A stretch of DNA of 64,000 bases from Octopus vulgaris. Lineage: Eukaryota. The notes below the pieces were generated by a model. That model searched no databases. It was not told the DNA's origin and was given only the letters and a program-made list of their open reading frames with translations. The number at the start of each line of letters is the position of its first letter. Within the stretch, counting starts at the first letter, position 1. Below, one piece after another: positions 25,250-39,004 of the stretch. The position numbers and the translations under genes were made by a program. Where the stretch lies: assembly GCA_951406725.2 (NCBI GenBank), contig OX597826.1:53878001-53942000 (forward strand), read 5' to 3'.

Positions 25250-25481
25250 CCCTTCAACATTCAGATTTCTTTGTGAAATGTAATGCTTATTCAGTCACAT
25301 TGTTTTTGTTTTTTTTAGTTAATCATGCATTATCTCAGTTTCAAGATTTCAACAATGTGATTGTTTATTTTCATAATGACATTGCTGGGTAGGTGTGAAA
25401 GGCAAGATCTGGCCAGTTTCAACGTAAAGCAAGCAGAATATTTGGGCTGGATAATATGGCACATATTTAAAAGCCAAAAGG
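25250..25481. mobile_element. piggyBac-type MITE (family of 5509-5737)
   Basis: Shared internal sequence aatgcttatt...aatcatgcat...gggtaggtgtga and aaaggTTAA end. Confidence 0.7.
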
Positions 25482-25843
25482 TTAATTCAGAAAGAAATAA
25501 GAATAAAATGAGACAGCATTTAATCCACAATTTTTAGGTATTGTTTCTCGATAATGCATATCAATGCAGTATCCATCAACATGACCAACACTACAAGGCT
25601 GTTGCATCCATGATTGCTAGACCAAGAGTTTGATTCTGTGACTGGGTGGAAAAACACATCATTTCACATTACTCCAACCCCCTTTCAATCAGGGGGAATG
25701 CTAGCTTGCTTGCTTAGCCAGCAGGGTGGGGTCATTTGATGACTAAAATAATGCAAAGTGCATTGTGACCAGCGATGTGTAACAACATCTAACAGTCTGG
25801 TCAGTCACATGATCATGGTCATGTGATCACAGTCATGTGTCAC

Positions 25844-25845
<2 letters not shown>

Positions 25846-25897
<52 letters not shown>

Positions 25898-26132
25898 TTA
25901 GCATCGGCTTTCCATGCTAGCATGGGTTGGACGGTTCAACTGGGGTCTGGGAAACCAGAAGGCTGCACCAGGCCCAGTCTGATCTGGCAATGTTTCTACG
26001 GCTGGATGCCCTTCCTAACGCCAACCACTCCGTAAGTGTAGTGGATGCTTTTTACATGCCACCGGCACAGGTGCCAGACGAGGCTGGCAAACGGCCACGG
26101 TCGGATGGCGCTTTTTACGTGCCACCGGCACA
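25846..26132 (-). mobile_element. RTE LINE 3'UTR copy
   Basis: (CAT)n followed by tttccatgctagcatgggttggacgg... Confidence 0.8.
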
Positions 26133-26469
26133 TGGTTCACCATCCATCCACTTTCACAGTCATACATTAAACTCATCTATCTAACGATCTCTGCTCATTC
26201 TTCTTCAACCGTCGTCAGTTTTATCTGTGAGACATGTCTTCCAGTGAATGAGCTGACCTGACTGTCTTGCTATATAGTGACTATGAACTATTAAGTTAGA
26301 ATTAAGAAAATATCTCATACTAGCATGTAGAGAACCTGAAAGAAAACATGGACTGCAAATATTTATTGAGATTTAGAGAAGTAACAGAACACAAACAAGT
26401 AGTTATTCTGTTTCAGTGACTTAACCGAGTTATGATGGAAATGTAAAGAGTAAAAGTATCAGAGGGGGG

Positions 26470-26518
26470 TGGAGAAAGAGAGAGTGAGGGGGGAGAGACA
26501 GAGAGAGACAAAGAGAGA

Positions 26519-26616
<98 letters not shown>

Positions 26617-26697
26617 AAGAGAGGGAGATAAAGAGAGGGAGAGAAAGAGAGAGAGAAAGAGAGAGACAGAGAGAGAAAGAGAGAAAGAGAAAGAGAG

Positions 26698-26728
<31 letters not shown>

Positions 26729-26775
26729 AAGAGAAAGAGATAGAGAGAGAAAGAGAGAGAGAGAGAAAGAGAGAA

Positions 26776-26820
<45 letters not shown>

Positions 26821-26878
26821 AAGCGAGAGAGAAAGAGAGAGAGAGAGAAAGAGAAAAAGAGAAAGAGAGAGAGAGAAA
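26470..26878. repeat. (GA/GAAA)n polypurine tract
   Basis: Directly visible. Confidence 0.95.
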
Positions 26879-27062
26879 GTGAAGTTTGGTTAAGGATGCC
26901 AAGAGAAAAAAAAAGTATTTTTCTTTTTTTTTTAACGATTTCTTAATAAGCTCTATCATTTTTCTAACACAGAAAGAAACCATCATATCCTATGAAACAA
27001 ATATGTCTATGTTTACATCTCAAGTAATAAGAGAAAAAAAAACCAACAAAAAATATGTTAAA

Positions 27063-27262
27063 ATGATGATGATGATGATGATGATGGTGATGGTGGTGAT
27101 GACAATGATGATGATGATAATGGTGATGGTGGTGTTGGTGGTGGTTATGGTGGTGGCAGTGATAACGATGTTGATGGCGGAAATGATGATGACAGTGGTG
27201 ATGATGATAATGATGATGACAATGATGGTGGTGGTTGTGATGATGATGATGATGACGATGGT
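27063..27262. repeat. (GAT/GGT)n imperfect trinucleotide tract
   Basis: Directly visible. Confidence 0.9.
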
Positions 27263-27338
27263 ATCAGTCACAATGAGTATGGTGTATATAAGATGGAGAC
27301 GATATAAGTATTATATGCAAATGCATATCAATGAATAC

Positions 27339-27386
27339 CATCTTTCTGGCGATATTTCCAGAGCAATACGTAGTTCATCAGCTATT
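27339..27386 (-). CDS. Candidate 48-nt coding exon (IADELRIALEISPER)
   Basis: gtgtAG|a ata gct gat gaa cta cgt att gct ctg gaa ata tcg cca gaa aga tg|GTattc; open frame, phase-symmetric, weak splice sites. Confidence 0.2.
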
Positions 27387-27754
27387 CTACACACATCAGT
27401 TATACATGGCTATAGATATAGTTACATAATTTGAATAAAAAAAAATATATATAACCTGCAACCTAAGCAATATTTTTATTGTTTTAGGCATTTATGTAAT
27501 GTAGAAACTAAGTAGTGACTGTATATATATATATATATAGTAAGAAATGTGTACAAGAGAAGAAAAATTTCAATAGTCTGAACTAAATGGGTTTAACTGA
27601 AGGACACATTGAAATATTTTGAATTACATAAGACATGTTTGAATTTATGCAAAAAAAAAAAAAAAAACTATCTTTGGTCGTTTACTTATTTTAGTCATTA
27701 GGCTGTGGTCATGCTGGGGCACTGTCTTGAAGAATTTTCAATCAAATGGGATGC

Positions 27755-28380
27755 CATTCAGGGTAGGTCTTCCAGATTGGTCATCATCTTCCAAAGACAT
27801 TCTTCCACTTTTTAAATGCCCATACCACTCAAAACATTGCGTACAATCCATTGCCTCATCATCTTAATCTTGCCGAAGCATGCTCAATGTCTCTGTAGCA
27901 GAGGCGGTGAGCTGGCAGAAACGTTAGCACACCAGGCTTAGCGGTATTTCATCTGTCTTTATGTTCTGAGTTCAAATTCTGCTAAAGTCAACTTTGCTGC
28001 TCATCCTTTTGGGGGTCAATAAATTAAGTACCAGTTGCATACTGGGGTCAATCTAATTGACTGGCTCCCACTCCCCAAAAAACTTCAGGCCTTGTGCCTA
28101 GAGTAGAAAAGACTGTCTTTATAGCAGGTTTCCCACATTTAACGTAAAATTTTAAGTTGGCTCTTCATTCCAACCTCCTGTCCATGATAAAAATTGCAGA
28201 CTACAACATATGCATGATCACAGAAACACAAATTCTCACAACCTATGAAGTAAACACAGAGATGTCACTTGGCACACTGACTCATGAAGGTCACTGCTAG
28301 TTCCCACTTCACAAGCAGCTGTGTGCTGCCATCTGTTGGCATGCTACAGAACTAGTCTGGTAATTTTTTGATACCTTGTA
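27755..28380 (-). pseudogene. Mariner transposon 5' half (TIR plus N-terminal HTH region), interrupted by SINE-B
   Basis: MDRRLE*RANLKFYVKCGKPA/TETLSMLRQD...CFEWYGHLKSGRMSLEDDDQSGRP; TIR-like tacaaggtatcaaaaaattaccagact. Confidence 0.85.
27902..28112 (+). mobile_element. SINE family B inserted in the mariner fossil
   Basis: Target-site duplication tgtctctgtagcag / tgtctttatagcag. Confidence 0.85.
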
Positions 28381-29210
28381 TTTCAGGAAACAGCTAGGTT
28401 TCTTTCTCTAACATTTTACATAGTTCTACCTACACAAGTTAATGTGTGAAAAACAAAATAGGAATATTGAAAGAAGTTTCTATAAAACTAGTTTCTAAAC
28501 ATCAAAAGGCTATGGGGTCCACCAGAATGAAAATAATAAAGGAGTCCACAGACAATAAATGGTTGAGAGGCCCTGACATAAAAGTTCCTTTCATGGTTTG
28601 TGAACAACTGTAGTTCCATTTCATCATTTTTTTTAAAAATTAGTTGGCAGTCGCAAAGATAGAATAATAGTGCCAGCACATTTTCAAGCCATTTCTGAAG
28701 GGTGAGACTGATGCAGTTGGTATTCAGCTTCAACAGCTATGCACAGATGTTTGTTGGGAAAACACATTGGAGGGGGATGACTTTAAGAGCATTGTGACTC
28801 TAAGTGGAAAAGATTGGTTGAAGTGTTTATTATAAAGGTTGGGTATGAGATCCAGAGTAATATGATTTTGGTAGAAAGGATTGGTCAAAGTGCTTATTAC
28901 AATTGCTGTTAGTGTTAAGAATCTAAAGCATTACTACTAATTCATGAAGTTGAACAGTTTAGAAATTTCGAAAACAAAATAAATGAAATCAAATTTCATA
29001 TACACATAAAACACAATGTGCTGAATTGTCTTGGTGCAGAATTGTTGGTGTAAAATTGCGATGCATGGAATTCTTGGGGTGCTCTTTTCAGCCCTCCTTT
29101 GTACACACACATGCTAATGATATCTCTAAAGGGAGATATCAAGAGAGAGAGAGTTTGTGTGTGTGTGTGTGTGTGTGTGCATGTGCATGTGCATGATGCA
29201 GTTAATAATA

Positions 29211-29425
29211 AGGTGGCAAGCTGGCAGAAACGTTAGCATGCCAGGCAAAACGCTTAGCAGCATTTCGTCTGTCTTTACATTTTGGGTTCAAATTCTGCCG
29301 AGGTCGACTTTGCCTTTCATCCTTTCAGGGTCGATAAATTAAGTACTAGTTACATACTGGAGTCGATGTAATTGACTGGCCCCCACCTCCCCCAAAATTT
29401 CGGGCCTTGTGCCTAGAGTAGAAAA
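29211..29425 (+). mobile_element. SINE family B
   Basis: Full head and core; flanks gcagt(t/a)aataata. Confidence 0.85.
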
Positions 29426-29858
29426 GCAGTAAATAATATCTTAAATACATCTGGCTTTACAGAAACTATCAAAGCAGCAAAGCATGTAAATGTTCACAAG
29501 TGTCTCTACCCTATTTGAGATGATGATGATGATGGTGATGTGCATATGGAGGTGAAGCAAGTTTTTATTGCCCTAATAAAAGCTGCATCACCATAATTCA
29601 GATTGTCTGTCGTTTTACAATGATACAGGAGAAATTTTCTTGCATGTGTACAATGTGGAATTGGAAGCCATTTATGAAGCAAACATGGTGTCTTTCTCAA
29701 AATCAGTAACAAATACACAGAACCATCTTTGGTTCATGTAACAGCTAAAAGGATTCCGCAGAGTTGATAAAGATCCAGGAAAAAGACCAAAAAACCAAAA
29801 AGAATCCAGAAAGCTACTATTCAGAAAGTGAAAGGCCTTGCAGGTTGTATGATACATT

Positions 29859-30778
29859 CGGTGTTGGATTATTTAGCAAAATAAGCATGTGCCTTGGGGC
29901 ATCAAGAGAAGTGGGCAGGGGGCAACACAGAAATGGTAAATGGCTTATGGCACAAAAGAAATCATTTTAAACTTACTAAAATAATATTTGAAGTGGTTTA
30001 TATGTTTGGAAATATAAATTTGAAGTCTTTATCATGTCATAGAGAGGATCTAATCAAAGACTTTTGAAAAATGTGGGAGAAACTTTCGAAATATAAATAA
30101 AGTGGGGAGTATACAAAAATAAACATTATTTTCCCTCTTACTGTTAGTTCTGTTTCATTTCAAAAAATGAAAATTATTTTATAGTTCATTATCTATATAT
30201 ATAAAACTGTAGTTGTGTGAGTGTCTGTCTCCTACGATTTAGATTCCTAACTCCTGCAGTTTAACCAAATTCAGGTATCTTATAGTCGTGATTCATATCG
30301 AGCCTGTCTGAGTATTAGCGCGCATCTACGATGAGTCTACGATTTAAAAAATATTTTAACATCATTTTTTATTCCATTTTAATGCATAATTTTTCGTGTG
30401 TCGATGGCAGCGGAGTTGGCGTCCACGCTCAAACACCTGCACCTGTGTTTGCTTCTCCCCTTTCTTCCCTCCCTCGTGAAGCTGTGGGGAAGGGAGTTTA
30501 AGGAAATCAACGTCGTAATGCGTTGTCAAGGAGACCAGCGTTCTTTTAGAACAACGACTTCGTGCCTTGAAGACACCAAAACAGAAATGGCTAAGAAAGC
30601 CCGAATTGGCATCTATAAAGGAAGTAACTCTCTAAAAATGCTTATATAGTTATTTCCTTTACAAATCCGAGCAACGCCGGGCGATACTGCTAGTTGTTTA
30701 TATTTTGAATTACACATATATGGGGGCACCATGATTGTTTAAGTGCTTAGGGCCTTTATGGGTCTTAATCTGGCCCTG
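29859..30778. mobile_element. hAT-type MITE (family of 43380-43762), interrupted by a Helitron
   Basis: cggtgttggatta ... ttaatctggccctg with imperfect 8-bp duplication gatacatt/ggtacact. Confidence 0.8.
30192..30693 (+). mobile_element. Non-autonomous Helitron
   Basis: A|TCtatatatataaaa 5' end; 3' hairpin ccgagcaacgccggg then CTAG|T; no target-site duplication; CpG-rich, so probably young. Confidence 0.9.
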
Positions 30779-31527
30779 GGTACACTAAAACCATTTTTGC
30801 TTATCCTGATAGCTATATTTCCAGTTGTTGTAATGTTGAGTAAAAATATCCTAGAAGATGATAATAGGAAACTTTGTCTAAAAGGTTCCATAGTATTCAC
30901 TAACTTTATAACTGCAGAGTGCAGCTACATATGATTCAATTGAGGGTGTGAGGGAATTGTGAGCTTCAGTTATATGGGGAAGGTAAAGAAAAAAGGCTAG
31001 AATGATATTACCAGTCGCTTGTTGCTTAATTGTCTTTAATGCGGAAAGATGAAACACATTTTTCTGTTAATTACAGTCGGTGTAGTATTGTTATTAGATC
31101 AGGTTAGTTGGCTGACTTCAAGTACCAGGAAGTTTCGAGAGAAGAGGCTGTTTAATGATAGGATGTCAAGTGCATTGTTATTAGCAGGTTATCAGATGAT
31201 ATGTTGTGACAGAGAGTAAGATTTTAGGTTAAAGGTTGAGTTAAGAGGTGCTAAAGAAGTCAACACTACTGTTGTTTAAGTCAGCCTGATCAAGTAAATA
31301 TATCATTAAAGACATTCTTCTTGTCCACTCGACCATTTCACCTGTACAGACAATGTACCACAGGTGTTACATTTCTAGTTAGATAAATACCAAGAAATCC
31401 CATCATTGTGCCAGCTCTCTCTCTCTCTCTCTCTATTTTCATTTATAACTGCAATAGTTTCTGTTTATCTAAACTTGCTGACTGCATACCTTATTCCACC
31501 AATCTTTTCTTCACTATATTTAATCTC

Positions 31528-32115
31528 TGTGGTAAGACGCTCGCTTCCCACCCACATGGTTCCAGGTTCAGTCCTACATTGTAACACTTTGGGCAAGTCT
31601 CTTCTACTATAGCCTCAGGCCAACCAAAGCCTTGTGAGTGGATTTGATAGCTAGAAACTGAAAGAAGGCGGCGAGCTAGCAGAAACGTTAGCGCGCCGGG
31701 CGAAATGCTTATCGGCATTTCATCTGCCGTTACGTTCTGAGTTCAAATTCTGCTGAAGTCGACTTTGCCTTTCATCCTTTCGGGGTCGATAAATTAAGTA
31801 CCAGTTATGCACTGAGGTCGATGTAATCGACTTAATCCCTTTGTCTGTCTTTGTTTGTCCCCTTGTGGGCAATAAAGAAATAAGAAATTGAAAGAAGCCC
31901 ATCATATATATATATATATATATATGCATGTGTGTGTGTGTTTGTCCCCCACCACTGCTTCACAACCAGTGCTGGTGTGTATATATCTCTGTAACTTAGT
32001 GGTTCTGCAAAAGAGACTGATAGAATAAGTACCAGGTTTTAACAAAAAAAAATAATAATAAACTCGGGTTGATGCATTCAACTAAAGATTCTTCAAGGCT
32101 GCGCCCCCAAAATGG
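31528..32115 (+). mobile_element. SINE-A interrupted by SINE-B (31666-31885)
   Basis: agaaa(c/t)tgaaagaag is duplicated on both sides of the SINE-B. Confidence 0.85.
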
Positions 32116-32382
32116 TTGCACTCTATTGCAGGATTACCCATTTACAGCCAAAGTGGACTGGAGCAACACGAAATGAAATATCTTGCTCAAGACCAAAATG
32201 CACCACTGGTCTGGCATCTGGGAACCAATGCCACAATCATACTGGGTATGGTTCCAATGTATGGAATTTTGGAGAAGTTACCCTCGATGTTAAATGATCA
32301 AGATGATATATATATCGTTGCTATTAAGTTATATTGTCATATGTCCAATCTTTTGATTGTATGTGCAATGCTCTTCACACAT

Positions 32383-32420
<38 letters not shown>

Positions 32421-32552
32421 ATACTGGGTATGATTCCAATGTGTGGAATTTTGGAGAAGCTACTTCCACTCTATTACAACTCTGGGTTGATTAATGACTT
32501 GTGAGTGAGTGAAATTAATAGACAGAATTTAAAATTTACTGCAGTCCCATCA

Positions 32553-32589
<37 letters not shown>

Positions 32590-32750
32590 GTGTACACACA
32601 TATATATAAAAAGGGCATCCAGCCATAGAAACCATGCCAAATCAGACTGGAGTCTGATGCAGCCCCCACGCACTAGTTTGCCAGCTCTGGTCACACCATA
32701 CAACCCATGCCAGCATGGACAACAGACAGTAAATGATGATGATGATGATA

Positions 32751-32802
<52 letters not shown>

Positions 32803-33439
32803 TTGCTATTATGTTAAACTATTGTATGTCCAAATTTGGCCAAATGCATTTTTTTTTCAAAATTAATTTTTGCTTGCAATAGCCCATTCTTTTGGTCAGT
32901 CTATCATATCTCCAGCTGCTTCAGATGCCAAGATACCAAAAATTGTCATAATCCCTTACAAAGCCTTTTTCCCAAATTTTAAACCCCTAAAGTTAGAGGA
33001 TTCCTTATACATGTTAAAATACAGTATATACACACACACATATATATCAAGAGAGAGAGAGAGAGATACACACACATATGAGTGCGTAAGTATGGGTGTG
33101 TGCGTTTTAAATAGCCAGTTGTTCATTTGACACCACTTTAGTATTAATGTTATGATATGGAAATGTTGACTCTATGAGCCAAGATATGAAATAAAATACC
33201 ATACTTGAAAAACAAACTGAGAGCTGGTATCTTTAAAGGGCATCTGGTTTTAGTGCACTACTTCGAGAAGTCTTGTCCAGCTCATGCCAGCATGGGGAAA
33301 TGTGAACATAAAACCGGTGATGATAATGATGATGATGATATAATGCAGGTACTTGCACATGTATGTACGAGCATGCATAAAACCATCACAGCCGCCACAG
33401 CCCCCCCACCATCCGAGGTCCCCACACCACTATTACCAA

Positions 33440-33668
33440 TTTCTTTACTACCCACAAGGGGCTAAACATAGAGGGGACAAACAAGGACAGACATAGGTAT
33501 TAAGTCGATTACACTGATCCCCAGTGTGTAACTGGTACTTAATTTATCGACCCCGAAAGGATGAAAGGCAAAAAAGTCGACCTCAGCGGAATTTGAACTC
33601 ACGACGTAACAGCAGACGAAATACCGCTAAGCATTTCACCTGGTGTGCTAACGTTTCTGCCAGCTCCC
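33440..33668 (-). mobile_element. SINE family B
   Basis: Complete reverse-complement match; flanks cccacaccactattacca. Confidence 0.9.
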
Positions 33669-33767
33669 ACACCACTATTACCATTTGCTCATCACCGTGT
33701 TTGTTTTCTATGCTGGCACAGTTTGGATGTGTCAACAACTATGAAGTCTAGCCTTGAAAGATATATT

Positions 33768-33869
33768 TGATGATGATGATGATGATGATGATGCGTGTGT
33801 GTGTGTGTGGGTATATATTATATACATATATATACATACATACATGTGTGTGTGTGTATATATATATGT

Positions 33870-33927
<58 letters not shown>

Positions 33928-33929
33928 AC

Positions 33930-33963
<34 letters not shown>

Positions 33964-34064
33964 ACATATATATATATATATATGTACACGCACACACACA
34001 CACATATATATATATGTACATATATATGTATGTATATATATATATATGTGTATATATATAATGT

Positions 34065-34112
<48 letters not shown>

Positions 34113-34152
34113 GTATACATATATATAAATATTACCAACCAACCAACCAACC
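33768..34152. repeat. Compound (GAT)/(TG)/(TA) microsatellite
   Basis: Directly visible. Confidence 0.95.
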
Positions 34153-34738
34153 AGCCAACAAACCTTACTACATCCACTCCCTAAATTGTGCATTTCTGTG
34201 CAGCTCGCTTAAAAATTCTGCATGGGAAATATGCATCTTTTGAAACCACACACATATATAAACATATATATATATATATATGATAGGCTGAATACAATTA
34301 TGTTCTCTTAGATGTAGAAATAGTGTTTTATAACGTATGCCAAGATGCAATGGAAAAAATTTCTTTTCATTGTACAACAATCATATTTTCTTCCCTCTTC
34401 ACCCTTAATCTCAGTGTATCTCATGTTTATTTCAAACATATTGTTATCGATTTAATTGTTCATGTATAATTCAAGTTTTCTTTACTGTATTGAAACAACT
34501 TACCATTCCACAGTTTACCAGAAGGGATGAATTATTATTTTTTTGCTTTTGTCCTTTTTTTTTCTTTTTGAATGGTGAATCTTGAAGTAGATAAAGCTAT
34601 AAATAACAGCATGTAAATATTGGATTAAAAATTCCTTTGAATAGAAGAAAGTCAAATGCAGCCCATAAGATTTTTAACCCAATATTTACCCTCAAGTTAA
34701 CCAAAACCTTGTGAGGGGTTTTGATAGACAGAAACTAA

Positions 34739-34825
<87 letters not shown>

Positions 34826-35659
34826 TGGGTCAGATGGAATTTGTTAAGGTATATTTTTATAGCAGGATGTTTTTCCTGTCATTAGTCCTCACCTGTTTCC
34901 AAATAAGGTATATTTCCCCATGACCAGACATGTTTTCATGTAAGATTGAAAAGGAAGGACACTATTAGCATTATGGTGTCACTTGTTTACAACTATCATG
35001 TGATGTCAAGGCAAGGACACAGTAACACACATTCACACACACACACAATTCAGTTTCTGGCTACCAAATCCATTCACAAGGCTTTGGTTGACCTGAGGTT
35101 ACAGTAGAAAACATTTGCCCAAGAGGCCCTGTAGTGGGACTGAACCCAGAACTACGTGGCTGGGAAGCAAACTTCTTACCACACAGCCATGCTTTTGCCA
35201 ATACACACATATACACACACTTCATTCAAAGCTAATGAATCACTCCATTATTTCTCTGGGTTTCTCTCAGCATATGGTCCTTCAAGTGACAAAATGATGA
35301 ACAAAAGAACTAAGATTAGGGGATACACCAATGTAGAACTTAGAAGATTATTAATTTCACAATGGTCAGCTTTGATCAGGTGTGAATGGTTGAAGTGGGC
35401 TAATGTCAGGTAGGAGAAAAATCCATTGAAATAGTTAGGTCACTTGTCAAAGGTACTAGGTGTGGGAGTTTATACCAAAAAAAAAGAAGGAAAAGAACCC
35501 CTTTATATTGCCTAATTTGGCAGAAGGAGATGGTAGGAGATACATTTTGGTAGTGCAGTAATGCTGTACATAAAGAATGGAATACATACAATGTTTGAGT
35601 CTTGTAAGAGGGAAAGTTCTCTTTTCTATCCCAGATGACTGCTTTTGAAAGTCTTATAA

Positions 35660-35950
35660 CATTTGTATGGAAATCCTCATTGATAGAAATTTATGTTGGT
35701 TGGAACGCGTACACAAGATGGACAACAACAGACTCTCAAGACAACTTCTTTATTCCTAGCTTTGCAAAGGGAGAAGAAACCATGGAAGACATGGGGTAAG
35801 GTTCAAAGATACTGCAAAAAGGAATATGAAGTGGAAAGGAATTGATCACAATAAGTGGCAAACTCAAGGTGGAAAAACTAGCCAGTAAGGACAGAGCTTA
35901 TCAAGTCATGCCAAAGCCATGATGAGTCATTGTCATGATGACTGACTGCA
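35660..35950 (+). pseudogene. RTE (BovB-like) LINE C-terminal fossil
   Basis: NLCWLERVHKMDNNRLSRQLLYS*LCKGRRNHGRHGVRFKDTAKRNMKWKGID matches LRW.GHV.RM...RLPKQLLY.EL..GKR..G...RFKD. Confidence 0.8.
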
Positions 35951-35951
35951 G

Positions 35952-36009
<58 letters not shown>

Positions 36010-36016
36010 TAATAAA

Positions 36017-36590
36017 TTCCCTGATGCAGTACCAGGCAGTGGCTCTCATGGCTTCTGATCTTAACTGATTGGAAGTGTTATCATGTACATTGTTTTGTCT
36101 TGGTATAAAAGATGGGCTACGGCAAATATTCTGCTCAATACCACAGATTTGCTTGTCAGTTGTTTGACCGTAACCAGTTGAGCATGTCCCTTAGTGGCTG
36201 ACGATATGTGCATCTCTGATCACAAGCAGAAGTAGTGGAGGAGCATCATAGCCATGTGTTGAGAGGGATTCTCTGGGTTTGAATGATTCATCTCTGGAAA
36301 CATAGGTGTTTCGTTCAACATCCTTAAACAACCCTTAATCAGGGACCTTTTGAGTGGGATGGGTTACCCAACCAGAAGAAAATTCTAACTGAGCCTCATC
36401 CGCAAGGTCATGTGCTGTTTATCTTGTTATGAGATCACCATGTCACGCACATATGGTTGTGATGCATGTGCCTAGTGTACCCTTATCAGACGGGTAGTCA
36501 TGATGGGTATACTGGGCTTCGTATATTTTACCCCAGTGTCACTTTGATGGCATGCACTGCTCTCTCACTCAATAATAATAATAATAATAA
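36017..36590 (+). mobile_element. LINE 3'UTR fragment flanked by (TAA)n on both sides
   Basis: Same family as 10004-10320; ends gcactgctctctcactcaataataat. Confidence 0.7.
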
Positions 36591-37037
36591 TGATGATGAT
36601 GATGATAATGATGATGATAATGATAAAAATAATGATAATAATGATGATGATCATGATGATGATGATGATGATAATTTATATTTAAAATCTTAACTGTTAT
36701 TTCATAATTAATAATTATTTATATTCTTAGAATGAACAAGAAATTTAAGCATATTTGGTTATGTTAGTATAAAATATACTCTCTGGTGGGGTGGAGGTGG
36801 GGTGGGAGGATGTAAATAGCTGCAGAATTATCTATAATCCTTATGTGATATGGCATGAGATAGTACTCAGTTTGTAACAGCAAATCATTTATATAGCCTA
36901 GTTTGACAGGAAGAGATGACAGGTGCTTTCCAGTGTAATTGGTAACACTGACCAGAATGTGATTGATATGAAGAAGTTTGTGGGTCATTAGAAAGACAGT
37001 TACTTCTCTGTCCTAGATTACTGCTAGCAGTTGTCAT

Positions 37038-37112
<75 letters not shown>

Positions 37113-38407
37113 TACATATGCAATATATTTCATGTAGTTTATGCAGTAAAGAAAATTTAATTTGCCTTCAGTAAATTTCCGATAAGGATGTATTCGGTTG
37201 ATTGTAAGAACAAATTGGAATGTAATACATTTCCTCTATGTTTCCATTGAACATGAGCCAATATTTCTTACTCTCAGACCACTGTGTGTTGTTAAAAAAA
37301 AAAGCAAAAAAAAAAATAATGTTTTCTAAATGTTAGCAATCAGCCATTTCTTCAACAGCACACTTGGAAAGATGTCCAACACAGAAAATAAATTATGCAA
37401 GAATTACCCAAGGGAATGAGGTAGGCGAGGTGGTAAATAAAGTAGTGATTACATATATATATACACACACACACACACACATATATATTTGAATTTGTTG
37501 CCATGACTGCTCGTTGTTGCAAAGATATAGCCAAAAACTAGTGATCCATCTATGGATTATCCTGATTCAATATAACTTAACTTTGTTGAAATGTGCTTCA
37601 AGTCCTTTCTCAAACCTTGATGACTCAGAATTCAAGTTTAGTTCTCCCAGAATGGAAGGAAAGAGAATAATGGAATCTATTGTAGATTAACATTCCCAGA
37701 CGGTCTGACTCCTCATTTTTTGCTTGTAGTAAAATGAGGCAAGTAAAAGCAAAATGTCTTATGTAGAAATATAATGCAAATTCACAATCAACTGTGCAAA
37801 TATATTTGACTACATTAGTTCAAAGTATATTCTGTACTGTTTAATTCTGTTTCACATATCAGAGGCGTAAGCTTGTATTTCACAGACATTTGTCTCCACT
37901 ATTTGCATGTGTGTATATGCATATGTGCATGCACTCATTATTTTTTTGTGCTTTATTTTTTGTTAATCAATTCAATTTTTCTTTTTTGAATTGAAACCTT
38001 TAAGCTAATATTAAAGGCGACACAGTTTAGATTGGGAACAGGATAGTAGTATACTCAACACTTTAATATCTCTGAGACACCATGTTTTTCTTGGCTTTCT
38101 CTGCAACGATTACAATCAACAGTCAATACATGACACTCTGAAGGAGTCATTTACTTTGTTACATGACCATAATATTGCAATGTTGAAGACAGCAATATTG
38201 AAGAAACTGACACATAGGGTCTTGTCCAACTTCACCTTGAGCCCATCTTTTATCAAGGACAGACAAAGGTATTAAGTCGATTACATCGACACCAGTGCGT
38301 AACTGGTACTTAATTTATCGACCCCGAAAGGATGAAAAGCAAAGTCGACCTCGGCGGAATTTGAACTCAGAACATAACGGCAGACGAAATACGGCTACGC
38401 ATTTCAC

Positions 38408-38733
38408 TTCTGGTCATGAATGACCATGGGATTGCACCTAGAAAGTTCCCCATCAAGGTACAAGTCCAGGCAAGGTTATGTATGGAAGACCAGCAGTTGC
38501 CCATGAATACCAGCCTCCCCCTCTATGCTACTGATGTTATCCAAGGGAAAGGCAAAAGCCGATACGGCTTGGTACCTGTGACACTGCAACTTATTTCTAT
38601 TGCTGAGTGAACTGGAGTAATAGAAAATAAAGTGTCTTGCTCAAGAACACAACACACAGCCTGGTTTGGGAATCGAACTCAGTACCTCATGATTGTGGGC
38701 CCAACACTCTAACCATTGAGCCATGCACCTTCT
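38408..38733 (-). mobile_element. SINE family C
   Basis: Homologous to 7790-8141. Confidence 0.8.
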
Positions 38734-39004
38734 TATACATATCAGCACTAAAACTGCTAATCCTCATAATAGTCTAAGTTCATTTGAGCTGTACCTTCCA
38801 GACACATTAACATTATGTATCCAACAGACAATACTTAATCTTTCTTAGGATTAAGTAGACTTTCCATATTCAATACCCATGTCTAGCTGTCAAACAACTT
38901 TGCACTGCCAACAGATGCTTCATGTAATTGGTCTTTTGTACAACCATTCTGCCAATAAAGGAAATAAAGCTCTAAATTTCTTCTATTCCTTCTTAGTTCT
39001 AGTG

